Both the position numbers and the translations under genes were made by a program. The notes beneath the pieces were generated by a model that saw nothing but the letters and a program-made list of their open reading frames with translations, did no database searches and was not told the origin of the DNA. 64,000 nt of DNA, from positions 1 to 64,000 of the forward strand of contig KZ538188.1 of assembly GCA_000934665.2 (NCBI GenBank), read 5' to 3'. The stretch's first letter is position 1, and every line of letters starts with the position of its first letter. Source of the stretch: Catajapyx aquilonaris. Lineage: Eukaryota. Below, piece by piece: positions 38,501 through 51,815 of the stretch.

Positions 38501-41500
38501 GAAGGGCCTGTCATCCGAGTGAACTGCCATGTGCATAAGTAGGTGCTGGTGATAACTAAATGATTTGTTGCAAATATCACAAGTTAATGACTTGTAACAT
38601 ATCCGTGCCTGAACATGTCTACTGAGAAACCGCCTGCTTGAAAATACTCTCCGACAGTTCTCGCATTTGAGAGATTCCTTCTTGGTGTGCTCGTCTCTGT
38701 GATGCTTTAAATGCTTAACATTGCTAAATGTTTTCCCACAGTCAGTCGAGGCCAGCAACTGTTGCACTTCCTCCTCAACCTTCTTCCTTGGCAATGCACC
38801 ATCCTGAAAAAAAATTTATACAAATAATATCATCATATTGTGAGTATGAATACTCTGATTGTGAGTGACAAATTCTACTTCTTAAGGCTGGGATAAAGAA
38901 AATCAGGACCTTCTTCGAGTTCCAACTCTGGCCGAAAGAGGAGACAGTGGATCCCACCCTCTCTACACAAAAGAAAGGACGCGTTTGCGGTTGACCATTC
39001 CCTCGAGGCACAATAAAAACCGTGAAAATTAGGGTTCCCCCAACTTCTAGTAGTTCTCAAATCAGTCAAATTTTAACAAAATTATTATTTGCGGAAAGGT
39101 TATAGCTAATTATAAAAATCGGCTTTGTTGGTCCGGAGCACCTCATTTTTCCGCATTTTTGGGTGCTTGTTACGACATAACTTTAAATTTTACGACTGCG
39201 TAAATTACTCCCGAATGCAAATGACTTTTTATAATACTACATTAAGAATATGGGAAAAGTACAGTGTACATGTGCAAGAGAGAGGTCAGTTACACTTACA
39301 CAAAAAAAAGATCGGTTCTGCTGCTGTTAGTTAGCGAGAACTTTACTCCCAAATTCTCTTTATCCCCCCCTTAAACCCTAAATTTCATCACTGTCCCACA
39401 GAGAGACAATAATGCTTTGAAAGAAATCAACACTCTGTGAAAATTAAAATGACAAGTATGAATGAATAACTTTCTTTCAAAACAAAGCTATTTGCATTAT
39501 TGGGAGACATTCCCAATAATGCAAGTAGCATTGCATTCACTTATAAAAATGAAATCAATACATGTAGCTTTCCTGTAAATACAGCTTGTATTTCTGGGAA
39601 AATATAGTTAAGGTGGAAATGAAGCTAGAGTCACTCAATGAGAATTTTATGAAAAAAACATGTTACGCAGTTTTGTGCCCTCTTATCAATGGTGCAAAGA
39701 AAAATACACGTCACCGTGCAAATTAGCGAACTGGAGGGCTCAGAAGATCGCGATTTAACATGGGCCCTTATGGCAGAATTTTCAATAGTCCACAAAAAAA
39801 TGATAAGCAAATGAGAATTTTAAAATTTAATGTGGAATATGTCGGGAATTATATACTGATCATAACCGCAAAAGGAAAAACCTACCTCGCCGTGCTCATT
39901 CAATTTGTATTGCTGAAAAACGATCCGAAAATGATCCAGTGACGTCACATTGCTCCACTCGAGTGAGGGAGTGGCAACACAGCATTGTTTACGGTAGCGA
40001 GATACGGTTGCATACGACCGCCAAATATGAGTGCAAGTTAGTATGATGGTTTTTACAATGGCTCACACAGGATTTTCGTTTGGCGGGGGTGTTTGCCAGA
40101 CGTCAGAACCGTTATATTAGTTTATATAGTTATAATTATAATATAATAATCGAATGATTCGTATCCACCTGGCAATGACGTCACATACTGCTACACGATA
40201 ATTGGCCCGGATCTTTGCTGCGTTGCCGCTTCTATCTGTCACACGCGTACCAACTGAACGTGTTCCAAATCCGGCACAAATGAAGAGCTACAAGCTCCCC
40301 TTTCGGAACTAAACTTTTAAAAATGCCATGACAAATTGGGACCTCGTAATTACGACCGAATAAAATAGATTTCCATCAAAAATAAAAAATATTAAGCACA
40401 CCTCCAAATACCATGTTTAAGTTGGCAGTCGTGAAAAGTGGGCCTGCGCACAAGAACTTGCAGCCGGTAATAGGCCCATATTAAATCGAGTTTAAAACGC
40501 AGATTCGAATGGAATGCACAGGATTGAACAGCATTTACTGCTGCATCGGTTGCGTATGTGTCCCTGATTTTAGCCCTTCTTGCTAACATTCCAATTCTAG
40601 ACTCTCATTTGATTAGCAAGTCGCTTCATTTCCACCTTAAGTTCTGTCAATTTTGATAATCAATTCACCAGAAAAAAATAGCTTGAGAGGATGATTAAAT
40701 AATGCAATTATTGGTCAGTAGTTTTGTGGGTCTTGTGCCTCTCTTGAAAATTGGTAGTGATCATATCTGGGTCCAAATAACTGGCATTATGCCATGTAAT
40801 AAGTATTTTCTTAAATATTTTAAGCATTGAAGATCAGAATAGATTGTGTCAGGAGTCATTATCATCGTACATGTTTGAAACGTAGCTATCCTATACTATT
40901 CATTCCTAATAATAGCAATAAGTAATGGGTTATCCATGATTGGCTTAAATTCATTCCTACTCCCAGCCATGATTGGTAATCCATCCTCACCTCTTCTGGT
41001 TCATTTCCTCCCGTATGCTCTTCTCTCTCATGCTCCTTCAATTCCTGCTGTGTCATAAATGGCTTGGAGCATTTTCGGCAAAATATAATTCGATCAACCA
41101 CAATAGAAAAGCGCCTCAATTCTACCTGCAATTTAAATTACTTTGTTAATTACTCCATAAAATCATGGGACCATTTCACTGCATCACAAAGTGGACTCAC
41201 CCCTTGCTCAAAGTAGTGTGACGAAGAAACTTCATTTTTGATGACAAGATAAAGTTGATGTTGCTCCTAAAAAATGATGCTGTTAGTCTTATTGCATGGT
41301 TTAGGTTAAATTTGACATTTATTAGTATTACGGCAAATCCTGCAGCACCGTACCAGGTAAAGAGGACTCATTTTAGCCATGCGCAAGTGCCCCTCCATAA
41401 ATCACAAAAATTGAACCATACCACGGTGTAATTTTCATTTCACCCACCATTGCTCTAAAACCCTTTACTTACTGCAGGTGGTTCGTCCTTCACCTTGTCC

Positions 41501-41969
41501 TCTGACTGCGAGTTGAAACTCTGCAATGGTGAATCCACTAGCGTCTGAAGGCCTCCCCTGTCCAGTGGTCCACCACCAGCTTCATTTGCCCCATCCTGAT
41601 CCTCTTCGCATTTGATCCGGTGTGGCCACAGAGCTGGGCCTTCCTCCTGGAGACAATTCGAATAATTAGAGTACATTAATACCGCTCAGTTTTGCCTCCA
41701 ATGCACAACTGTCGTCTATCCAAGTGGGGGTCAACCTCCACTTTGATGTCCATCTCCAGTCCTCCTCCTTCTTCCTCCTTCACCTGGCCACCATCTCCTG
41801 GTCCATCCTCCTCCTTCTCTTCTGCGTTCCTCCTGACCAGGTCCCACCTGCTGTGTGTGAAGCTGTGCACCAGGAGCTCCAGGTGCGTGGGGAATGTCTG
41901 GAGGCAGCAGCGACACTCGTGCAGGGTGCAGCTGGAGGTCGGATCCTCCTCCTCCTCCCGAGTGGACAT
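35551..41969 (-). CDS. Zinc-finger paralog B, 7 exons, closest to A; C-terminally truncated by a frameshift
   Basis: Exons 41969-41736, 41646-41473, 41266-41201, 41125-40991, 38803-38297, 37319-37155, 36738-35551; all phase 0. Ends KFHGTQNEWI* where A reads KFHGYKTSGYEEHKC. Confidence 0.82.
38886..39370. mobile_element. TTAA-specific non-autonomous DNA transposon (Kolobok-like, GG termini)
   Basis: TTAA|GGCTGGGATAAAGAAAAT ... ATTCTCTTTATCCCCCCC|TTAA; the paralogous intron near 31799 has a single TTAA. Confidence 0.75.
39612..40636. mobile_element. About 1-kb TTAA-specific non-autonomous DNA transposon (Kolobok-like)
   Basis: TTAA|GGTGGAAATGAAGC ... GCTTCATTTCCACC|TTAA; subterminal inverted pair CGATTTAACATGGGCCCTTA / TAATAGGCCCATATTAAATCG; no transposase ORF seen. 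Confidence 0.8.
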
Positions 41970-42188
41970 GGCCTGTTGTTCCTCCTCCAGCCCTGGCCTC
42001 CCCACCAGATCCCAAAAGAGGGAAGGAGGATCCGAGACCCCCTTCTTCTTCCTTTTCCCAACCAGAGGAGACGAGGACGAGGAGAAGAAGAGAAGGCTTC
42101 TTCTCATGAGGACATGTTGGGCCAGTCCGAATAGAGCAACGGCTTCCCCTGGCCTCGTCCGAATGTGCCCAATGTGGCAGTTCACATT

Positions 42189-42244
42189 CCTGCCAACAGA
42201 TGGCGAGAGAGTGGCCCGGGTGGTGGCTGCCACCTGCCGGCAAA
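42189..42244. promoter_or_regulatory. Same CTCF-like motif pair upstream of paralog B
   Basis: Essentially identical to 27005-27060. Confidence 0.5.
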
Positions 42245-42654
42245 CATCGGAACCTGTTGGAACTTTTGATTACCTTGCTTGCTTGGTACAGTACTGTACC
42301 TTGCTCGTACTTCAAGGATAGCCTACTATTTCGCGTGATCTACCCAAAAAATGACCATTTATTCTCTTCGTCTTCTCTTTTTGACCCTCCAAAAAAATTT
42401 CATTATTTGTGACCTGCAAGATGCAATCTAAATACCCTACCATACTCTTGCCGCGGTCTAGTCTAATTGTCATCTATCTTCCTTATAAATGTGGTAAACA
42501 ATCATTTATTTCTGTTACATGTAGCCTATAAATTATAAAGTGTTACAAAATACGGTAGCATTTGTGTTTAAAATGATGACACTCATGGAATATATAATCA
42601 GCAGGGGCAACCACCCCTTCAGGGGAATACATTAATATTAATACTTCCAACCAT

Positions 42655-45600
42655 TCAAGTAATGACATTTTCTTCTTCATTTTCCACCTGGCATACCTCC
42701 AAATGACGTACAAGACCATAACGTGTCTCGAATACCTTACCACACCAATTACATTCATATTGCTGCTTATCTGATTGTCCACATTTATGGTTTTTCAAAT
42801 TTGCAGGAGAACTAAAACTCTTGGAGCAAATGCTGCATTTGCTAAAGCTGCCCTGCCCATGCGTCATCATGTGTTGATGCAAATGATGACGAGATACAAA
42901 ACCTTTACAACATTCAGTGCACCTGAATGGCCTCTCTCCTGTATGATGTCTCATATGAATGTCAAACATAAGCTTAGAAGAGAAGACAAGAAGGCGAACA
43001 GAACATTTATGTTCATTGTATCTCATTGTTTTGTAACCATGAACTTTTCGTCTGTGATAATATAGACTATGTCTGTTTGCACATTTATACGAGCAATCAG
43101 GGCAACTATACTTGGACATGTCTGCCCCATGAAAACTTCTCATATGATCCTGCAAACTGTATTTACTAGCTAAGACTTTAGGGCAGTGTTTGCAAGCATG
43201 CCGCTCTATGGCTTTGTAATGTACACCACTTTCGTGTGCTTTCAACTGTGCCCTCAGTTTGAATCCTTTTCCACATTTATCGCAAATGAAAGGAGTTCCA
43301 TCAGAATGTACCAATACCATGTGCTTCTGCAATGACCAATTTCTACTCAAGCTCATTGAACACAGGCTGCACTTGAATGGCTTCTCACCCGTGTGACGAC
43401 GCTCATGTCTAGCAAGCGAGGTTTTGCTAAGGCATTCTTCACCACAATGTTTGCAGGGGTACATTTTCCCAATGTTATGGTCTCTCTTCTTGTGCACACC
43501 AAATAGCCATCTAGAATAAAATTTCTCGGGACATAATTCACATGCATATACCTTGCCATGGACATGGCAAAACTTTATATGATTAGTGAAGCTGCTGTTG
43601 GTTTTCAGAATCTTGGAACAACATGGACAGCAGAGAGATGCACCTTTACTGCTGCTAGAATGGAGAGTACCTTCAGCAACAGTATGACCTATTCCATCTT
43701 CAAGTAATTTTTTTGGTGATACATTCAAACCTTCCCTTGAATGGCCCCTCTGATGTTGTTTCAAATCGTGACGATACTTGAAGGACTTACTGCACTTGTC
43801 ACACTTGAAGGGCCTGTCATCAGAGTGAACTGCCATATGCCTAGACAGACAGCGGCGAGTACGAAATGATTTGTTGCACTGATCGCAAGTGAATGACTTA
43901 AGACAGGTCTGCGCACGAACATGCATACTGAGAAACCCCCTGCTTGAAAATACTCTCCCACAGTGTTCACACTTGAGAAATTCCTCTTTGGAATGCTCTT
44001 TCTTGTGAAGCTTTAAATCCTTCACCTTGCTAAAGGATTTCCCACACGCAGCACAAGCATGCGACAGTAGCTCTTCCTTCTTGACCTTCTGGCTTGGCGA
44101 TGCATGATCCTGAAAAAATACATCATTCATATGAGCATGATGTCAGTAGAAATACTATGATTGTGAATGCCAGATTCTACTTTTCATACCTCAGGTATCA
44201 CGACACTCCCAAAACAATTTTTTTTAAACTAGACAACGTCACAAAATTGTAGATTATTAATTCCTAATCAGAAAAATACACGGACTACCTGCACTACTCT
44301 TGGACTACCAAAGAAGGTGTACTATCGGCGCGGAAATGATACGGACACTTGTCAATGTTCAGCTTACTCCCAAGTGTCCGTACCATTTCCGTGCCGATAG
44401 TACCCTTAGTGAATAACTCCTTGACGAGCATTCATAAGTCAAAATATATCTAGTGATACATAAACCATATCGTTGCAAAAGGAGATATTTCATTGGTGTC
44501 GAACCTTACGCAATAACCTGGAACCGACAACACTCTCGAACTATTTCTCAGATATGTCACTAGACAAGTCATTTTTTAGGGTAACCTTGGTGCAAGTATT
44601 TTTCTTATCCATTCCACGTGTCATAATAAAAAGTACAGGTTGTGCAATTGTCAAGGGCTAAGCCAGGATAGGCCTGCAATCATCACTAATCACAGCCGTT
44701 ACAGCCCTACTTGAAATTGAACCTCACCTTTTCATTTCCTCCCGTATGCTCTTCTCTCTCATGCTCCTTCAATTCCTGCTTTGCCACAAATGGCTGGGAG
44801 CATTTTTGGCAGAACACAATGGGATCCACAACAATTGAGAAGCGTCTCAGTTCTATCTGCAATTTAAATTACATTGTTAGTTGCTGCATAACTCATGACA
44901 AAATTTCCCTGCAACCAAAAGTGCGACTCACCCCCTTCACAAAGTAGTACGAAGAAGGAATTTCCTTTTTGATGACAAGAGAAAGTTGACGTTGCTCCTA
45001 AAAAAAAAAAATAAGGGCCTGTTAGTCCTTCTGTATGATTGAGGTTACAATTTCATATTTTCCTTCATCACCCTGCCAGGTAAAGTCCACTGATTTTTGC
45101 TAGGTACAGTACAAGTGCTCACCTATATGTGACAAAAATGGACCAAACCACGGTGCAGTTTTCATCCCAGGTACCTCTTATTCAACCGCAATTTACTTAC
45201 TGCAGGCGGTTCTTCCTTGACCTCTTCTTCCAAGTTGCTACTCTGCAATGGTGAGTCGAGAGGCGTTTCAAGGCCTCCCCTGTCAAGTGGTCCATCGCCA
45301 GGTTCATTTGCCCAATCCTGACCTCCTCCTTCTCCTCCTCTGACGTGGTATGGCCACAGAGCTGGCCCTTCCTCCTAAGAACAAGAGTCCATTAATAGAT
45401 AGGAACCATTCACGTCTCCTCCAATGCTCAACCATGCCAAGTGGGGGCCAACCTCCACTTTGATGTCCGTCTCCAGTCCTCCTTCTTCCTCCTTCACTTG
45501 TACTGCAGTTCCCCCATCAACCTCCCCTGGTCCATGGCCAGGCCCATCCTTCTCTTTCTCCTTCTCTTCTGCGTTCCTCCTGACCAGGTCCCACCTGCTG

Positions 45601-45683
45601 TGTGTGAAGCTGTGCACCAGGAGCTCCAGGTGCGTGGGGAATGTCTGGAGGCAGCAGCGACACTCGTGCAGGCTAGGATCCAT
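42655..45683 (-). CDS. Zinc-finger paralog D, 5 exons, about 684 aa
   Basis: Exons 45683-45453, 45374-45201, 44997-44932, 44856-44728, 44109-42655; phase 0, GT-AG; one finger has lost a Cys (CSVRLL). Confidence 0.88.
44321..44400. mobile_element. 80-bp hairpin MITE, TA|CTATCGG ends
   Basis: CTATCGGCGCGGAAATGATACGGACACTTG / CAAGTGTCCGTACCATTTCCGTGCCGATAG. Confidence 0.8.
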
Positions 45684-46516
45684 CGTGGTCAGGAGCGTTC
45701 TCTTCTCGAGTCGCTTCTCATTCGGCCATGTTCGATATCGTATTGGTGCATGGATATTTGGAGGCGCCGATATAATTTTTTTTATAAAAATCGATTCATC
45801 ATGCAAAGTGTCACATTTTTGCTACAACCATCTTCATAATATTGATCACATTATTTTGTGAGGAGGCATGCAGATACTCTCCGTACTGTGTGGACCTATA
45901 ATATCAGCCTCACAAATAACTAATGCGAAATGGCTAGTAAAAAAAAAACTACTGCAACAACTTACTATAGTACAGCAGTAAGCAGAGTTTTATTAATTTT
46001 TTAAACATCAACACATCCTCACAGACTGTGTAATGTCACTGTTTAAATGCCGAGTCCCATAAAAAAGGACCCTCAACAAATTCACAAGATTACCTCTATA
46101 TCGGTGAAAAAAAAAAAATCAAACACAAGAGTAAAAATCAGCACCTAAAAGATATGATGATTGTGCATTAATGCATGATGGGCAGAAGTTTCTCACCAAT
46201 CATGCAGAAATTAAATATACTCAATAGTGACGTTCCTAATTTCAGAAAATACACTTACAGGGAATGGCTCATGAAACTCCTTTCAGAAATGATACTTTAC
46301 GAACGTTAATTTGGGATTTGCTGTGGCACAGGTTAAATTAATCGAGGAGGATCTTACGTGCACCTGCCTTGTTCCAGTACTTTTATTCCTCCACGGGGGG
46401 GGGGGGACTTATTACCATTTTTACTGAGAGTTATGTTTTTGTTCTCACTCATATTGCATTGCATCTGACAAGTGTAACCTGTGTATATGAACAGCACAGT
46501 CGGCACTTACAAACGG

Positions 46517-49500
46517 TCAATTCGGGCAACTGCGTGGCAAATGATGCAAATTCATGTGTACAGTACGACCTTGATGGGAAATAAAACCTTTGCCACATTC
46601 AGTGCACCTGAATGGTCTCTCTCCTGTGTGATGTCTCATATGAATATCAAACTTTCCCTTAGAGGAGAGCACAAGAAGGCAAACGGAACATTTATGCGCC
46701 TCATATCCACTTGTTTTATAACCGTGAAACTTTTTCCTGTGACAATATAGAGCAGTTCTGCTTGCACATTTACATGAGCAATCAGGACAACTGAACTGGG
46801 ATATGTGTGCCCCGTGAAAACTTCTCTTATGATCCTGCAAACCACCTTTACTAGTTAAAACTTTAGGGCAATGTTTGCAAGCATACACCTTATCTTTGTC
46901 ATGTTTTTTCATGTGAACTTTCAACCGTTCCCTCAGTTTGAATCCCCTTCCACATTTCTCACAAATGAATGAAGTCTCAGCAGAATGTATGGCTAACTTG
47001 TGACGCTGCAGGGATTGATTATGTCTGAAGCTCGTTGAACACAGGCTACACTTGAATGGCTTCTCACCCGTGTGGATAAGCTCATGTGTAGCAAGTTCAG
47101 ATTCTTTAAGGCAAACTCTACCACAATATTTGCAGGGGTGCATTTCCCCAATGTTATGGGTTTTCTTCCTGTGCACACCCAAACGATACTTAGAATTAAA
47201 TTTCTCAGAGCATAATCCGCATGCGTATGCCTTGTCATGGACATGGTATAACCTTACATGATGAAGTAAGTCACTCCTGGATTTGAAATTTTTTGCACAT
47301 GACGGACAGCAAGGAGGTGCTGCATGTGTACCCCTGCTATGCGGAAGAGAATCGTCAATAAAATTAAGGATTCCATTTCCAGATAATGTTTTGTGCCCTT
47401 CATTCAACCCTACCCGCATATGGTCCTTCTCATGTTGTGCCAATGAGTCAGCAGACTTGAAGGACTTGGTGCACATGTCACACTTGAAGGGCCTGTCATC
47501 CAAGTGAACTGTCATATGCCTAGACAGGTTCCACTGGTCACGAAATGATTTGTTGCACTGATCACAAGTTAATGACCTCTGACATATCTGTGCATGAAGA
47601 TGCCTACTGAGATGGCCCCTGTCTGTAAATACTCTCCCACAGTGTTCACACTTGTAATATTCCTTCTGGGTGTGCGATAACCTGTGAAGCTTTAAATTCT
47701 TCATCTCAGTGAAGGCTTTCCCACAGTCAGCACAAGCTAGTGACTGTTGCTCTTCCTTCTTGACCTTCTTGCTTGGCAATGCACAATCCTGAAAGAAAAC
47801 AAAAATGGAAATCATATCAAGATATCGTCAGTAGATTATAGTTTTTTGCATATCTGGGGAAACTAAATGGAAGGCTGTGCATTGCAGTTCGGTGAAAGCC
47901 AAATTAGTTTGATTGCTTATTACCCCCAGAGTACTGGGAAAAAGAATGAACAGGCCAAGTGCTCAAAACATCCCGGGAATGGTGAGATAGTCTACTTTGA
48001 CATTGTCATAACCAACAAGCAATTGCAATGCACAACCAGGGTAGACAGTGAGACAGAAAATGCACTTTGAGTGCCTAAAGTTTATAGTAATTTAATGCTA
48101 AATCAAGACTTTAGAGTCTTTCAAGACTTTACATGTGAGCGATTTGACAAGCGAAGAGGAGCGAAGTCATCCCCGAGCGAAGTAACCAATATTGTTAGAG
48201 GTGAAAGTAACAATCGATTTTCGCCTCCAACAATACTAGTTACTTGGGTTACTCAGCGTTGTTATCACCGGAGATGACATCACGCGATCAAATCGCTCAC
48301 CTTAATGTACACTAGCCCATTAAAATGCGTGCTGCACTGTGAACAGCGATGACTTGTATCCATACTTAAGTGGTACAGACTACTGGTTGAAGTACAAGTT
48401 ATTAATAATGGGCATTTGACCATGCTCAGTACGAAATACATCCCAGAGTGTCAGAAGGAAACAAGACTACGTTCACAAATGTAGGATACGCTGACAAGCA
48501 CCTGGTTCTTATTCGGCTTACACTGAGCTTCAATACCCCATCTTGCATTTAGTTTGCCCAGATATGCATTCATTTCAGTCTGTGTGGCGTGACTAATGGG
48601 ATCTGGTTAAGGTCATCTCTTTTTATAGCCACAAATATCAGGATCGCATCTTAACACTGAACCACGGCATGTAAGGGAGTACAGTGGTGTGCTGCCTTCC
48701 CCACAGAAAAGCTGTTGGGCGAGTTCAGCATTTGTATCAAGAGCAAGCAAATCTCCACTGTCATCTACGTCATGAACAGTTGAGAGCTCTCTTGACAGTT
48801 GATACCTCTCCCCCCACACATACAATTTCGACTTGTTTTGAGCCAAGAAATATTCACACTGCTACTTGACCTACTAGTAAGAAACACCCTGTATATTTAA
48901 ATACTACTACAGGTGAACTTTTTCCTGAACGCAACCGATTGCACACCACAGTTCATGCAACTTCCATGTTTGAAATAATTAGCAATGATAGCTGTGAAGC
49001 TCTGTGCATAGTGGGGGTGTTACGCTAAACATGTGTTGTCCCATTACCAACACAAAGCTTGAGTTGGTAACAACATGGCCTACATTTGTGATGTTGCCAA
49101 GGCTTTGGAACGAAAAGAGAAGAATCGACTGTGGTATTGAGTCATTACCAAATAAATCTGAAAATTAAGTCCTCCCATATTATTCATTCCTAATAATAAA
49201 AAGTTACCCTTAAGTTACCCTCAATGGGCCTAAATTAATCTACAATCCAATCGAAGCTCGGTTATTGATCCTCACCTCTTCCAGTCCATTTCCTCCCGTA
49301 TGCTCTTCTCTCTCATGCTCCTTCAATTCCTGCTTTGTCAAAAATTGCTTGGAGCATTTTGGGCACAATATAATGGGATCCACCACAATAGAGAAGTGCC
49401 TCAGTTCCACCTGCAATTTAAATTACAATATTTAATAACGGGGAGGCGGAATGGCGCTGCAGTAATGTGTGCGCCCAAGGATGAAAGGGTCCCGGGTTCG

Positions 49501-51254
49501 ATCCCAGCCCAGGGTCTCCCCCCTTCAACTCATGCAGAGTTGGGTCGTCTCTGGCTTCGTCTCGGGTGGAATCTCCGCTAGATTAATCCACCCGGGGAGT
49601 TCACAAAATGTACCGTTTGAAACATTACACTGCATATTGCACATCCCCTACCAGTCATCCTGCCCGTGGGCCCGGGTGCTTCGTTCAAGGTTCCAGTGTG
49701 TATCGTACTACAACTGTATAAATAAAGGTCCATGCCACGTACCTCTTAAGATGGTCAAGCACTACCTCAATTATTATTATTATTACGTTGTTACTGATTC
49801 TTCCAGGGGAGATTTCTTAAGTACCGCGTTGCATAGTCGTGTAATATTTATATTATAGTTATAGTTGACTTCAGCTACAATAGCCTCGCCTATAACAGAC
49901 CTCAGTTACAACACACTTGTTCTGCTGTCACTTGAAGTCTGTTATATCCAGAGTCAACTTGATCTTGACAACATTTCATTGCATCAAATCACACTGCAAA
50001 CCAAAGTGTAACTCACCCCTTGCACCAAGTAGTATGATGAAGGACCTTCCTTTTTGATGGCGGAATAGAACGAATGTTGTGCCTATGAAAGAAAAAAAAT
50101 ATAATGTGCCAATAGCTTATAATTATGTACAGTAACACTTCTATAAGTCGAATCTCTATGGGACCGGGAAAAAACTTCGAGTTATAGAAGATTCGAGTTA
50201 CAGAAGTTTGGATTTTTTTAAAGCACAGAACTCTATAAGGAAGCCTACATTTGTATCCAGTGACGAAAGGTGTTCAAAACTTAAAAATAACTGTCACAAT
50301 CATACTTACAATGTTCCTCGTTGTTGTGTCATTAAAAAATCTCCGTTATGGACATTTGCCTACTCTTAGATTCGAGGATTCAATTGTCACAATGGAGTCA
50401 AACACTTCTTTAGGTACGTCTGATAGACGGAGATCAGGAAATTGAGCCTTTCTGTACATGTGGCCTACTCTCGACCCTTCGGCTGGGAAATGAGAAAATT
50501 TTCCGTACTCGCCAACATGAACTTGGACTTAAGGAGACTGAAAATGCATTGATATCCCATCGTATAAGGCCCTGCCTGCACTTCGAGTTATGGAGAACTT
50601 CAAGTTACAGAAATTCGAGTTAGGGAAGTTTATTTCCAATTACTTTACATTGCGACCAACCAAGCTCATCATTTTCTTCGACTTATAGAGAACTTCGACT
50701 TAGGGAAGTTCGACCATAATTTTCCATCCCTCCTTCCTCCTGCTCAAACCCAATATACTCACTGCAGGTGGTTCGTCCTTGTCCTCTTGTTCCGAGTTGC
50801 CACTCTCCTGTGGTGAATCCACAGGCGTTTCAAGGCTTCCCCTGTCAACATCACCAGCTTCATCGTCCGCTGCCCCATCCTGACCTCCTTCCCCTTTGAC
50901 GTGGTATGGCCACAGAGCTGGGCCTTCCTCCTGAAGACATAAAGAGTCCATTAATAGATAGGAACCATTCATGTCTCCTCCAATGCGCAACCATGCCAAG
51001 TGGGGGCCAACCTCCACTTTGATGTCCACCTCCAGTCCCTCTCCATCCTCCAGACCTTCCTCCTTCACTTGTACTGCAGTTCCATCAACCTCTCCTGGTC
51101 CATGGTCAGCCTCATCCTCTTTCTCCTTCTCTTCTGCATCTCTCTTGACCTGATCCCACCTGCTGTGAGTGAAGCTGTGCACCAGGAGCTCCTGATGTGT
51201 GGGGAATGTCTGGAGGCAGCAGCGACACTCGTGCAGGGCGCTGGTTGGATCCAT
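46517..51254 (-). CDS. Zinc-finger paralog E, 5 exons, shortened C-terminus
   Basis: Exons 51254-51012, 50930-50763, 50082-50017, 49410-49276, 47788-46517; the final finger degenerates (ISHQGRTVHMNLHHLPRSCPN*). Confidence 0.85.
47847..48568. mobile_element. TIR element containing a nested hairpin of about 165 bp (48135-48300)
   Basis: TGCATATCTGGGGAAACTAAATGGAAG / CTTGCATTTAGTTTGCCCAGATATGCA; inner GTGAGCGATTTGA .. TCAAATCGCTCAC. Confidence 0.65.
49440..49786 (+). mobile_element. tRNA-derived SINE
   Basis: A-box-like TGGCGCTGCAGT (49452), B-box GGTTCGATCCC (49495-49505), (TTA)n tail at 49770-49785; absent from the same intron position of the paralogs. Confidence 0.8.
50130..50716. mobile_element. 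pogo/Tigger-like non-autonomous element
   Basis: TA|CAGTAACACTTCTATAAGTCGAA start; repeated TTCGAGTTA/TTCGACTTA subterminal motifs; inverted TTCGACTTATAGAG near 50680. Confidence 0.65.
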
Positions 51255-51339
51255 CGCTTGGAATATATTGGGAAAATGGAAGGAGCTGTTCTCTTCTCGA
51301 GTCTCTTCTCATTCGGCCATGTTTGATATCGTATCGGTG

Positions 51340-51380
51340 TATCGATATTTGGAAATGTCGATTTATCGCCGCTATCGATA
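51340..51380. promoter_or_regulatory. Two DRE-type palindromes upstream of paralog E
   Basis: TATCGATA at 51340-51347 and 51373-51380, about 85-125 bp upstream of the ATG. Confidence 0.55.
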
Positions 51381-51815
51381 CTTCAAAAGTATAATTATGA
51401 ATAAACTGTATTTGGTAAGCAAACAAAATTACAATACAATATGCGACAATATGTTATAAATCAAAGGAATAATTATCCTACATGTCAGCATGTCGGGGGA
51501 AACATCTTCCGTGCTCCTGCTATCCAATACCTAAAAGGCAGTAGCAGCACTGGAATATCCCAAATCAAACAACACTGTTTTAGATCAATTTAATATTTAT
51601 GGGTGAGCTTCTTTTCAGATAATTTCATTAATTTATTAGTGTGCATTATAAGCAGGTGGAAAGCAGAAAACTCAGCGTTTTCATTGCAAAAGTTGTCGAT
51701 TTGGCTATAACAGATCTCGGTTGTGACATACTTTTTCAACGGTCCCTTGAAGTGTTATTTCCAGATTCAACTGTATATGGCGGTACAATCATGAAGTGAC
51801 AACATATCCAACCAT

